From assembly GCA_031458695.1 (NCBI GenBank), contig JAVKJW010000005.1, positions 51,311 to 115,310 of the forward strand: a stretch of 64,000 nt of DNA, read 5' to 3'. Positions 55,663-64,000 of this stretch are shown here, one piece after another (the first letter of the stretch is position 1; the number at the start of each line of letters is the position of its first letter). The notes beneath the pieces were generated by a model, which saw only the letters and a program-made list of their open reading frames with translations, searched no databases and was not told the DNA's origin. Position numbers and translations under genes: made by a program. Origin of the DNA: Candidatus Thermofontivivens primus. Its GTDB lineage: Bacteria; Sysuimicrobiota; Sysuimicrobiia; Sysuimicrobiales; Thermofontiviventaceae.

Positions 55663-57054
55663 GACCTCTCCTTCTGCATACACCAAGCACCCTCGGAGGA
55701 TGGTGTGGGTGGGCCATCCTCGGAGGCGCATCCTTTCAAACGGGGTGAAGTCCTGAGCGGAAAGCAACACCTCTGGCGTGACCGTGACCTCACGTTCCAG
55801 GTCGATGATGGCCAGATCGGCATCGCTTCCTATGGCGATGGTTCCTTTCCGTGGATAGAGGCCGAAAGCACGAGCGGAGTTGGCGCTGGCGAGCTCCGCC
55901 ACCCGCATAAGGGGGAGCCGCCGGATGTGGAAGCCCTCTGAGAGGAGATAGGGATAGAGCAAAGCAGTCCCGCCGAAGCCTGGGAGAGCCTTCCACAAGT
56001 CCTCGCCCTTCTGCTCCTCAAAGCAGCAGGCGTGATCGCTGACCACGGTGTCGATCTCCCCCGCCATGACGGCATTCCAGAGGGCGTTGCGGTCGTCCTC
56101 GGTGCGGATGGGTGGGTTGACCTTCCCGCCGATCCCCTTTGCGGTTGCGTAGGTCAAGGCGAGGTGATGGAGGGTGGTTTCCAGGCGGATGTCCAAGTGT
56201 CGGTAGCGGTGCTTGGCATCCACCGCCGCTTCCACAGCCTCCCTGCTGCTGAGGTGGAGAAGGTTGATCGGGCAACGGGTGCTATCGGCGAGGAGAACCG
56301 CCTCTGCCATGGAGAGGCGCTCAGTGAGCGGCGGGCGCGCGTGGTGGTATGCCTCAAGTCCCTTGAAGGTGGAGCGTTGCACCCTCTCGATAAAGACACG
56401 GATCAGCTCTGCGTGCTCGCAATGTAGGCTGAGGGAGACTCGCCCTTTTGTCCCGTAGCGTTGGGCCACATCGGCAACCTTTTCCATGAGAAGGTAGAGG
56501 TGCCCGAGGTCATAGGTGTCGGACATGATGTACTCGCTTCCCCGGGTAGAATCCGCGGTCAAGTTGAGCCCTTTGTAGAACATGTAATACTTGAACGAAC
56601 CTACTCCCTGGTCTGCCACAAGCCAGTCGACTTCCTCCAACTGGTCGGCCGTCATAATGGCGATGTGGTAGCCATAGTCTGTATAGGCGTGGCCATCGGT
56701 GGCGGCGAGGACTTCTGGGAAGATCTCACGGTAGGGGCCGCTCTTGTTGAGGTAGTGCCGGCCCGTGCGGAAGTAGCTGATGACCGTGGTGACACCACCC
56801 ACTAGCGCAGACCGGGTCTCGCTTTCGGCATCCTCGGAGAGGGACCGGTAGATCCCCAGGTGGAAGTGCGAGTCCACCGCCCCTGGCATGATCACCTTTC
56901 CGTTCGCGTCGATCACATCTTCCGCCTGCGCTGGATCGATGCGATCCACAAGGGCGGCGATCCTCCCTCCACGAATGCCCACATCACACCGGGCTTGGCC
57001 AACATAGGGGATCACCACAATACCATTGAGCACGGCGAGGTCATAGTTCTTCAT
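55609..57054 (-). CDS. Cyclic amidohydrolase (dihydroorotase/allantoinase/hydantoinase family)
   Basis: PGAVDSHFH, GGVTT, SFKYYM, HCE, HLSS, NPPIR, SDHA, GSDADL. Confidence 0.88.
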   Translation of the reverse strand: MKNYDLAVLNGIVVIPYVGQARCDVGIRGGRIAALVDRIDPAQAEDVIDANGKVIMPGAVDSHFHLGIYRSLSEDAESETRSALVGGVTTVISYFRTGRHYLNKSGPYREIFPEVLAATDGHAYTDYGYHIAIMTADQLEEVDWLVADQGVGSFKYYMFYKGLNLTADSTRGSEYIMSDTYDLGHLYLLMEKVADVAQRYGTKGRVSLSLHCEHAELIRVFIERVQRSTFKGLEAYHHARPPLTERLSMAEAVLLADSTRCPINLLHLSSREAVEAAVDAKHRYRHLDIRLETTLHHLALTYATAKGIGGKVNPPIRTEDDRNALWNAVMAGEIDTVVSDHACCFEEQKGEDLWKALPGFGGTALLYPYLLSEGFHIRRLPLMRVAELASANSARAFGLYPRKGTIAIGSDADLAIIDLEREVTVTPEVLLSAQDFTPFERMRLRGWPTHTILRGCLVYAEGEVLGKPDGRFIPRPVGLHF

Positions 57055-57108
57055 GGACCAGTTCCTCCTTTCGTTTCAGCTTCGCGGGCCGTTGGTTCAG
57101 GGGATCTC

Positions 57109-57999
57109 CTACGGGTTTTGCGCTGGCCTTCCGAGGTAGCGCTCTTCCATCTCCTGGAACTCCCCAAGCCCCACGAGCTCGTTCAACTGTGCGAGGGAGA
57201 GCATTTTCTGCTGCATCCCTGCCGTTGTCCCCTCCCGGTGCAGGTGCGCCATGAGCTCCATGATGGCAGCCGCTGCCATCCGCACAGCAGCCCCGGGAAA
57301 GATCACTATGCGATACCCCATGGCTTCCAGCTCCGCAGCGGTACAGAGGGGAGTCACCCCTCCCTCCACCATGTTGGCCATGAGGGGAGCGTCAAGGGCC
57401 CGGGCGATTGCCTGCAGCTCCTCCCTGCTCCGCGGGGCCTCCACGAACAGGATATCCGCACCGGCCTCTCGATAGCGATGCGCCCGAGCAAAGGCGGCCT
57501 CCAGGCCCTCCACAGCCAGGGCATCGGTCCTGGCGATGAGGAGGAGATCAGGATCCTCTCGTGCGTCCACGGCCGCTTTGATCTTCCCGACCATCTCCTC
57601 CGGCGGGATCAAGACCTTCCCAGTGAGGTGGCCGCACCGCTTGGGAAAGGCTTGGTCCTCGATCTGGATGGCCGCAGCTCCAACACGCGCAAGCTCCCTG
57701 ACGGTCCGGATGACATTGAAGGCATTGCCGTAGCCCGTATCCGCATCTACGATGACGGGCAAGCGGGTCGACTCGACAATTCTGGCTACCCGCCACACCG
57801 TTTCGGTCAAGGTGGTGAGGCCGATGTCAGGCGCACCCAGGTGAGTGTAAGCGAATCCCGCACCGGTGAAGTACACGGCCTCGAACCCAGTTCGCTCGAT
57901 GATCCTCGCCGTGAGAGCATCATGGGCGCCGGGTGCGATCAAGATCCTTCCCTGACTGAGGCGCTGCCGCAAGCGTGTAGAAGGGCGCACGCTCCTCAT
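57109..57999 (-). CDS. Isocitrate lyase/PEP mutase family C-C lyase (2,3-dimethylmalate/methylisocitrate lyase-like)
   Basis: PGAHDALTA, DADTGYG, IEDQ..PKRCGH, IARTDA, ANMVEGG.TP. Confidence 0.9.
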   Translation of the reverse strand: MRSVRPSTRLRQRLSQGRILIAPGAHDALTARIIERTGFEAVYFTGAGFAYTHLGAPDIGLTTLTETVWRVARIVESTRLPVIVDADTGYGNAFNVIRTVRELARVGAAAIQIEDQAFPKRCGHLTGKVLIPPEEMVGKIKAAVDAREDPDLLLIARTDALAVEGLEAAFARAHRYREAGADILFVEAPRSREELQAIARALDAPLMANMVEGGVTPLCTAAELEAMGYRIVIFPGAAVRMAAAAIMELMAHLHREGTTAGMQQKMLSLAQLNELVGLGEFQEMEERYLGRPAQNP

Positions 58000-58502
58000 C
58001 CTCCCTCCCTTTTCTGGAGCCGCGCCAGGGTATAGGCGAGGATCCCGCCGTGGCGGAGGATCTCTAAAGAGGTATCGGTGAGATTCAGAATAGGAAGCCG
58101 CATCCCTGTGGAAAGGTTTGTCAGAAGCCTTGAGGTCAGGTCTATTTGAAGCCAGTCCCCGGTGCGGATCCCTGAAGTGTCTTCTACGATCACCGCAGGG
58201 AAGCCGTTATTGATGGCATTGCGGAAGAAGATCCGGGCAAACGACCTGGCGATGACTGCCCCTACCCCGGCCAGTTTCAACGCAAGGACCGCAGCCTCCC
58301 TGCTTGAGCCGCACCCGAAGTTCACACCCCCAACAACAAAGTCACCGGGCGCCACTTTCTCCGGGAAGGACTCATCGATTCCCGCCATTGCATAGCGCCC
58401 CACCTCTTCGATGGGACGCTCGAGGAACCGGCCAGGGAGGATCTGGTCGGTGCTCACGTGATCGCCGAAAACCCAAGCTCTTCCCTCAAGAACACTCTTC
58501 AT
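57996..58502 (-). CDS. LeuD-like dehydratase small subunit
   Basis: FGDHVSTDQI.P, NFGCGSSRE, SFARIFFRN. Confidence 0.92.
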   Translation of the reverse strand: MKSVLEGRAWVFGDHVSTDQILPGRFLERPIEEVGRYAMAGIDESFPEKVAPGDFVVGGVNFGCGSSREAAVLALKLAGVGAVIARSFARIFFRNAINNGFPAVIVEDTSGIRTGDWLQIDLTSRLLTNLSTGMRLPILNLTDTSLEILRHGGILAYTLARLQKREGG

Positions 58503-59752
58503 AGGAACTCCCTCGGATCGATCAGTCTCCCCACGAGCGCTGAGGCTGCGACGGTCAAGGGGGATGCGAGGTAGATCTCCGCTGAAGGATCTCCCATCCG
58601 GCCAGGGAAGTTCCGCGTCACCGTTGCAATGCACCTCTCTCCCTTCCCCAGGATCCCCGTGTGGAGCCCCGCGCATGCTCCGCACCCAGGGGCTGCGAGG
58701 ATCGCTCCTGCCTCGATGAGGACCTGGAGAGTTCCGTCGCGGAGGCACTCTTCCACAACTCCCCTGGTGGCAGGGACAACCATCAACGGAACCTTCACCT
58801 GCCTCCCCCGGAGAATCCTCGCGGCTTCGCGGAGATCTCTCGCCTTCCCGCCCACGCATGAACCGATATACGCTCGGTCGATTGGTCTCCCCGCGACCTC
58901 CGAGATAGGGACCACATTGTCCACCTGCGGGGGAAGGGCTACGAGTGGCTCGATTGCCTGGGCCTCGAATCTGTAGATGGACTCATACTGGCACCCTGGA
59001 TCGCTTACGGGAGGTTCGAGGAGGGGGGTCCCCTCCCCCTGGAACTTCAAGAGGACGGACTCGCTTGGGGGAACGATCCCGTTCTTCGCCCCCATCTCGA
59101 TGGCCTGGTTGGTCAGGACCGCGCGTTCGTCAAGGTCAAGGGAGTCGACCGTTGATCCCCCGTACTCCACCGCGCGGTACAGGGCGAAATCTGCCCCCAA
59201 CCGCTGCAAGATTGCCATGGCAAGATCCCTCGCAGTCAAGTAGGGCGGCATCGGTCCATGGATCTCAATGCGGACAGTGGGAGGGACCCGGAGCCAGATC
59301 TGTCCCGTCGCCAGGACCGTTGCAAGCTCCGTGGAACCTACCCCAACGGCAAGCGCTCCAACAGCGCCTGCCGTACAGGTGTGGGAGTCCGCCCCGACAA
59401 TCAACATCCCCGGGCGCGCCAATCCCCTCTCAAGGAGTAAGTTGTGCAGGACCCCCTCGCTATCAAAGAAGTGAGAGATGGAGAACTCCTTGGCCCAGGC
59501 GCGCGTTGTGGTCAGGATCTCTGCGTGGCGGAGGTTGGCAGGCGGGGTAAAGTGGTCGATGGCGAGGACAACCCGTGAGGGGTCCCAAACCCATCCTCCG
59601 AGCTGCTCCAATGTGGGTTTGATCCGCCTTGGACCTGAGGAGTCATGCATCACAGCCAGGTCAACGTTCGCCCAAACCTCCTCGCCCGGGGCTACCTTAG
59701 GGAGCCCTGCGGCCCTTGCGATGATTCTCTCTGTCAAGGTCATCGCACCCAT
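58499..59752 (-). CDS. LeuC-like [4Fe-4S] dehydratase large subunit
   Basis: DHF, GADSHTCT, IGSCVGG, GCGAC, RNFPGRMG. Confidence 0.92.
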   Translation of the reverse strand: MGAMTLTERIIARAAGLPKVAPGEEVWANVDLAVMHDSSGPRRIKPTLEQLGGWVWDPSRVVLAIDHFTPPANLRHAEILTTTRAWAKEFSISHFFDSEGVLHNLLLERGLARPGMLIVGADSHTCTAGAVGALAVGVGSTELATVLATGQIWLRVPPTVRIEIHGPMPPYLTARDLAMAILQRLGADFALYRAVEYGGSTVDSLDLDERAVLTNQAIEMGAKNGIVPPSESVLLKFQGEGTPLLEPPVSDPGCQYESIYRFEAQAIEPLVALPPQVDNVVPISEVAGRPIDRAYIGSCVGGKARDLREAARILRGRQVKVPLMVVPATRGVVEECLRDGTLQVLIEAGAILAAPGCGACAGLHTGILGKGERCIATVTRNFPGRMGDPSAEIYLASPLTVAASALVGRLIDPREFL

Positions 59753-59758
59753 TTTCTC

Positions 59759-60463
59759 TCACCGACCGAGGTAGGCCCGCTTCAAGTGAGCGTGCTCCAA
59801 GAGTTCCAGCCCCTTTCCCTGGAGCACGATCCTCCCGTTCTCGAGGACATAACCACGCTGGGCCAACCGGAGGGCGTGCTGCACGTTCTGCTCTACGAGG
59901 AGGATCGCTGTCCCCTCGCGGTTGATCTCCTGGATCGCTTCAAAGATCCTCCGCACCAAGAGAGGAGCAAGCCCCTGAGAGGGTTCATCGAGCATGAGGA
60001 TCCGCGGCGCCGCCATCAATCCCCGTGCAATGGCCAACATCTGCTGCTCTCCACCTGAGAGCGTCCCTGCCAATTGTCCCTTCCTCTCCTCGAGGATCGG
60101 GAAGAGGGAGAAGACCCTGCGGAGGTTCTCCGTTTTCCGCTTCCTTCCCTCAACTGTGCGCGCCCCCAGCTCGAGGTTCTCCATCACACTCATCCGGGGG
60201 AAGAGCCTCCGACCCTCCGGGACGTGTACTAGGCCTAAGGAGACGATCTCATGGGGAGGGAGCCGATCGATGCGCACCCCGTCGAGAGAGACAGTCCCCG
60301 ACCATGGGCGGAGGAGCCCAGAGATGACCCGAAGCGTCGTGGTCTTCCCAGCGCCGTTTCCTCCAACAAGGGTGACAAGCTCCCCCTCCTCTACCTCCAG
60401 GTCAATTCCCCGGAGGACAGGGATCTTCCCATACCCCGCCTGGATTCCCTGTACCCTGAGCAT
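59759..60463 (-). CDS. LivF-like ABC ATPase
   Basis: GGNGAGKTT, VPEGRRLF, LSGGEQQMLA, LDEPS, VEQN. Confidence 0.93.
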   Translation of the reverse strand: MLRVQGIQAGYGKIPVLRGIDLEVEEGELVTLVGGNGAGKTTTLRVISGLLRPWSGTVSLDGVRIDRLPPHEIVSLGLVHVPEGRRLFPRMSVMENLELGARTVEGRKRKTENLRRVFSLFPILEERKGQLAGTLSGGEQQMLAIARGLMAAPRILMLDEPSQGLAPLLVRRIFEAIQEINREGTAILLVEQNVQHALRLAQRGYVLENGRIVLQGKGLELLEHAHLKRAYLGR

Positions 60464-60476
60464 CAACGAGACCTCC

Positions 60477-61205
60477 TTACCACTCGCCCTTTGGGGCCCC
60501 AAGGAGATATGCCTCAATTACTTTCGGATCCTCTGCAACCTCGTCCGGGGGACCTTCTGCGATCTTCTCTCCATGGTGGAGCACCACAACCCGATGGGAG
60601 ATGGTCATAATCGCTTGCATGACGTGCTCGATCAGGATGAACGTGAGGCCCCTAGCGTGCAGGGTACGCAGGAGCTGCAGCATCTCCTCCACCTCTTGGG
60701 GATTGAGACCCGCCATGACCTCGTCGAGGAGCAACAACACAGGCTTTGTGGCAAGGCAACGAGCCAACTCAAGCCTGCGTTGCTCACTGAGGGTGAGCTC
60801 CCGGGCCAGGAGCCCCTGCTTTTCCTTGAGGCCAACTACCTCCAAGCTCTCGCAGGTAATCTTTTGGGCTTCCCTTTTGTCCTTTGCCCTGTTGAGCGCC
60901 CCGATAAAAACGTTCTTGAACACCGTAAGGTTGGCAAAGGGCCGGACGATCTGGAATGTCCTCGCAATGCCCATCTGGCAGATCGCGTGTGGAGGAAGCC
61001 CGAGGATCTCCTTCCCTTGGAAGGAGATCCGCCCCCTGTCAGGACGGAGGAACCCGGAAATCAAGTTGAACACCGTCGTCTTGCCTGCTCCATTCGGTCC
61101 GATGAGGCCGACAATCTCCCCCTCCTCTATGGCCATGGAAAGGTTGTGCACGGCCATCAGGCCTCCGAATGATTTGCTGAGCTCATGAAGAGCGAGGAGG
61201 GTCAT
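60477..61205 (-). CDS. LivG-like ABC ATPase
   Basis: FGGLMAV, GPNGAGKTT, ARTFQ, LDE, IEH, VIEAYL. Confidence 0.93.
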   Translation of the reverse strand: MTLLALHELSKSFGGLMAVHNLSMAIEEGEIVGLIGPNGAGKTTVFNLISGFLRPDRGRISFQGKEILGLPPHAICQMGIARTFQIVRPFANLTVFKNVFIGALNRAKDKREAQKITCESLEVVGLKEKQGLLARELTLSEQRRLELARCLATKPVLLLLDEVMAGLNPQEVEEMLQLLRTLHARGLTFILIEHVMQAIMTISHRVVVLHHGEKIAEGPPDEVAEDPKVIEAYLLGAPKGEW

Positions 61206-62202
61206 GGGAGAACCTCCTCCCTATGCGCTGCCGCTCCTGGATGGCCCCCGCAATGCCGTGGGGGAGGAAGAGGATCACGGCAACGAGGATGGCCCCGAAA
61301 AGCATCAGGTGAACTCCCCGGTATCCTCCCAGGAGGCGGCGGGTTACCTCCCCGAGGGGAGTCAGAATCAAGCTCCCAGCGATGGGACCGAACAGGGTCC
61401 CCACACCACCTATGATCACAGGCAACAAGACAGCGACGGAGACGTCGATCCCGAAGGCGAGGTTGGGATCGATGTAGGAAAAGTACTGGGCGTAGAAGGT
61501 CCCACCGAGGGCCGTGAGCCCAGAGCTGAGCGCCATGGCTAGGACCTTATACCGCATCGTATCGACGCCGATGGCCTCTGCGGCGTCCTCGCTCTCCCGG
61601 ATGGCCACGAAATACGCTCCCACTCTCGATTGCTCGAGAAGGTAAGTCAGCATCGTGATTCCCGCGAGCATGGTCATGATGATCGCATAGTACGGAGGCC
61701 CTTCTGGGAACTGCATCGCCCAGAACGACTCCCTTAGCGGCAGGAGGACCCCCATGGCGCCTCCCACGGCGCGCCAGTTCAAGGCGATGACCCGCAGGAT
61801 CTCTGCAAATGCTAACGTGGCTAGGCTGAAGTACGGCCCCCGCAGCCCATACCGGAAGCAAAGGAGACCAATAAACGCCCCCATCGTGGCTGCGGCGACA
61901 GCGCCAGCGAGCATCCCGATCCACGGCGTCACTCCGAGCTTTGCGAACAGGAGGGAGGAGGTATACGCGCCCAGGCCAAAGAAAGCGGCGTGGCCAAAGG
62001 AGAACTGGCCCGTATAGCCTCCTAGAATGTTCCAGGCCTGCCCCAGGTAGGCATAGTAGGCGATGAGGATCCCCACACGCAGGGCATAAGGGCTGGCCAC
62101 GAACGGGAAGGCCACCACAATGCCAAGGGCGAGCCCCGCGAGGAGGAAGACGCCGATGGATCGGCGGGAAGCTTTGACTTCCGCAGAGAGGACCTCACTC
62201 AT
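61183..62202 (-). CDS. LivM-like ABC permease
   Basis: WNILGGYTGQFSFGHAAFFGLGAY, AIRESEDAAEAIG, GGVGTLFGP. Confidence 0.92.
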   Translation of the reverse strand: MSEVLSAEVKASRRSIGVFLLAGLALGIVVAFPFVASPYALRVGILIAYYAYLGQAWNILGGYTGQFSFGHAAFFGLGAYTSSLLFAKLGVTPWIGMLAGAVAAATMGAFIGLLCFRYGLRGPYFSLATLAFAEILRVIALNWRAVGGAMGVLLPLRESFWAMQFPEGPPYYAIIMTMLAGITMLTYLLEQSRVGAYFVAIRESEDAAEAIGVDTMRYKVLAMALSSGLTALGGTFYAQYFSYIDPNLAFGIDVSVAVLLPVIIGGVGTLFGPIAGSLILTPLGEVTRRLLGGYRGVHLMLFGAILVAVILFLPHGIAGAIQERQRIGRRFSHDPPRSS

Positions 62203-63067
62203 AGCGTTCCCCGAAGAGTCCAGTCGGGCGGTACAACAGGACGAGCACGAAGATGGCGTAGATCACCAGCTCCTTGAAAGAACCAGGAAGGAGCAACGCG
62301 CCAATGGATTCCCCCACCCCCACGATCAGCCCACCCACCAGCGCCCCCGTGAAACTCCCAAGGCCCCCCAGGACCACTACCACGAAGGCGATGAGGAGGA
62401 AGACGTGTCCAACTTGCGGCGCCGTGTAGAAATAGGGGGTCACGAGGGCGCCAGCCATGCCCACGCAGGCACTCCCGATGCCGAAGGTCAGGGCATTGAC
62501 CTTCCGCACATCGATTCCTACAAGCGCAGCCCCAACCTGATCCTGGGCCGTCGCCCGGATGGTCTTTCCTGTCTCCGTGTGCTTCAGGAACAGGTAGAGG
62601 GCGAGTGTGGAGAGGAGGGCGAACAAAAACGCCAGGAGCCTTGGCTTGTTCACAAGGAAAAATCCCGCCCGCACAGCGCCCTCCAACCAGGGGAGGCGGA
62701 GGGTGCGGAAATCAGGGCTCCACAGGAAGAGGGCCAGGTTCTCCAGGAAGAGCATCACCCCGAGGGTGAGCAAGAGCTGGTTATGTTGTGGGGCATCCAA
62801 GATGGGATCGATGAGAAACCTCTGGATGGCTGCGCCCAGGAGGAAGAGAACACCCATGGTGAGGGGAAGGGAGAGATAGGGGTTGATCCCCCACAGCGTG
62901 AAGATCCAGTAGGCAATGTACATGCCGATCATCATCAAGGCGCCGTGGGCGAAGTTGACGATGCGCATCACCCCGAAGATGAGGGTGAGCCCAAGCGCCA
63001 CCAGGGCATACACACCACCCAGGAGGATGCCGTTGACCACCGCCTGGAGAAGGTACGTCCCCCTCAC
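62195..63067 (-). CDS. LivH-like ABC permease
   Basis: YALVALGLTLIFGVMRIVNFAHG, VVVLGGLGS, RPTGLFG. Confidence 0.93.
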   Translation of the reverse strand: MRGTYLLQAVVNGILLGGVYALVALGLTLIFGVMRIVNFAHGALMMIGMYIAYWIFTLWGINPYLSLPLTMGVLFLLGAAIQRFLIDPILDAPQHNQLLLTLGVMLFLENLALFLWSPDFRTLRLPWLEGAVRAGFFLVNKPRLLAFLFALLSTLALYLFLKHTETGKTIRATAQDQVGAALVGIDVRKVNALTFGIGSACVGMAGALVTPYFYTAPQVGHVFLLIAFVVVVLGGLGSFTGALVGGLIVGVGESIGALLLPGSFKELVIYAIFVLVLLYRPTGLFGERYE

Positions 63068-64000
63068 CTCCTCTTGGGAATGGGGAAGACCGCCGTGAGC
63101 TCGGAGTATTGGGTGGGAAGGATCACCCTGGGTTGTCCGCCCCGCACCTGCAGAAGCACAGGGCGTGCGTTGACGTTCTCCCCCCGCTCGTCAAAACGGA
63201 TCTCCTTCTGCGGGAGGATGTGGTCCTTGAGGTTGGTGGCTGCAAGCGCATCTCGGATCCGGTCCCTGTTCGTGGATCCCGCTCGTTCAATGGCATCGAT
63301 GAGCACCTTGGCCGCAACATAGGCATAGACGGCGTGGGTGGACATGGGCCGGCCGAATCGCTCCTGGTACCTCCGGAACACGCCCCGCGTGCGCGGGTTG
63401 ACCGGGTTGTAGTAATAGTTGGAGTCCATGATGTACTCGCTCGCTGGCCCCGCCTCCCTGGAGAACCGCGGGTGGCTGAAGGCACCGTTGGCCACACCGA
63501 GGATCCCTTTCACGTCCACCTGGAGCTCTGCCAAAGTCCTGGCGATGAGCACGCCATCCCGGAAGTACCCGGTGAAGATCGCCACATCGGGTCTGGCGGC
63601 TTTGATCTTGTTGATCTCCGTGGTCACGTCCGCTGTGGCGGCAGGATAGGAGATGCGCTCCAGGACCCGCAGCCCTGCGGCAGAGGCGAAGCGCTGGAGG
63701 TGGTCTCCGATGGAGGTCCCGAACAGGCTGTTCTCGTGCATGAGGGTGATCGTGCGGACCTCAGCACCGGAGGTCTTCGCAAGGGTCGTCAGATACTCGA
63801 CCCCGTACCGCGCCATGGCCTCGGCGTTGGGCTGCACGCGGAAGGAGTACCGGAACCCTCTCCGCAGGATCTCGTCGGCTACGGCAACGGTGATGACAAA
63901 TGGCGTGCGCCGCCGTTCGGCCACTTGGGTTGTGATGAAGGCCACAGCGCTCTGATAGGCTCCGAGGAGGCCCACCACGCCTTCCCCAATGAGCCTCTCA
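63064..64000 (-). CDS. Liv-type ABC substrate-binding protein (5' end beyond window)
   Basis: VGLLGAYQS, YSFRVQP, DAIERAGS..RD.IRDAL; co-operonic with the permeases. Confidence 0.88.
   Translation of the reverse strand, partial: ERLIGEGVVGLLGAYQSAVAFITTQVAERRRTPFVITVAVADEILRRGFRYSFRVQPNAEAMARYGVEYLTTLAKTSGAEVRTITLMHENSLFGTSIGDHLQRFASAAGLRVLERISYPAATADVTTEINKIKAARPDVAIFTGYFRDGVLIARTLAELQVDVKGILGVANGAFSHPRFSREAGPASEYIMDSNYYYNPVNPRTRGVFRRYQERFGRPMSTHAVYAYVAAKVLIDAIERAGSTNRDRIRDALAATNLKDHILPQKEIRFDERGENVNARPVLLQVRGGQPRVILPTQYSELTAVFPIPKRR

Noticed and set aside
59410..59423. 14-bp match to the tRNA-Arg 3' end region (CCGGGCGCGCCAAT) as attR of an island
   Set aside because: Short, GC-rich and inside an intact LeuC-like CDS; no integrase, and the intervening genes include core heme genes.
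57996..59752. Calling these genes leuC/leuD of leucine biosynthesis
   Set aside because: The context is catabolic (lyase, amidohydrolase, transporter) with no leuA or leuB, so symbols were withheld.
1..64000. Selenoprotein genes (in-frame TGA plus SECIS)
   Set aside because: No ORF examined appears truncated at a TGA aligned to a catalytic Cys; a systematic bSECIS search was not possible by eye.

Overview
GC-rich bacterial chromosome segment, mostly housekeeping and metabolic genes. It contains the 3' part of selB plus tRNA-Sec, a TPP enzyme, miaB-mutS-mutL-miaA-dapL-hflX, and lexA with a Gram-positive-type SOS box. There are two heme clusters: an HTH regulator-hemA-hemC-hemD-hemB-radical SAM-hemL, and hemE-hemH-hemY. 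Also present are tRNA-Arg(TCT), a pair of radical SAM genes with a lipid-kinase-like gene, a MoxR-DUF58-VWA-VWA locus, a sugar ABC transporter, a probable 6S-like RNA, two sulfite-oxidase-family genes, and a Liv-type ABC/LeuCD-like/lyase/amidohydrolase catabolic operon. The most striking locus is 53.36-55.66 kb: SigH-like promoter, c-di-GMP-I riboswitch with terminator, 31-aa hydrophobic peptide ending ASGAGGKWS, strong hairpin, DUF5317-like membrane protein, and a membrane-sensor HD-GYP phosphodiesterase. This looks like a peptide-signalling circuit wired to c-di-GMP. Other oddities are in-frame palindromic insertions in selB, miaB and mutS, a dispersed MITE/REP-like repeat family, a 10-bp-phased repeat array upstream of the heme-operon regulator, and a collapsed chemoreceptor remnant. 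All family calls come from motif recognition by eye; no database searches were run.
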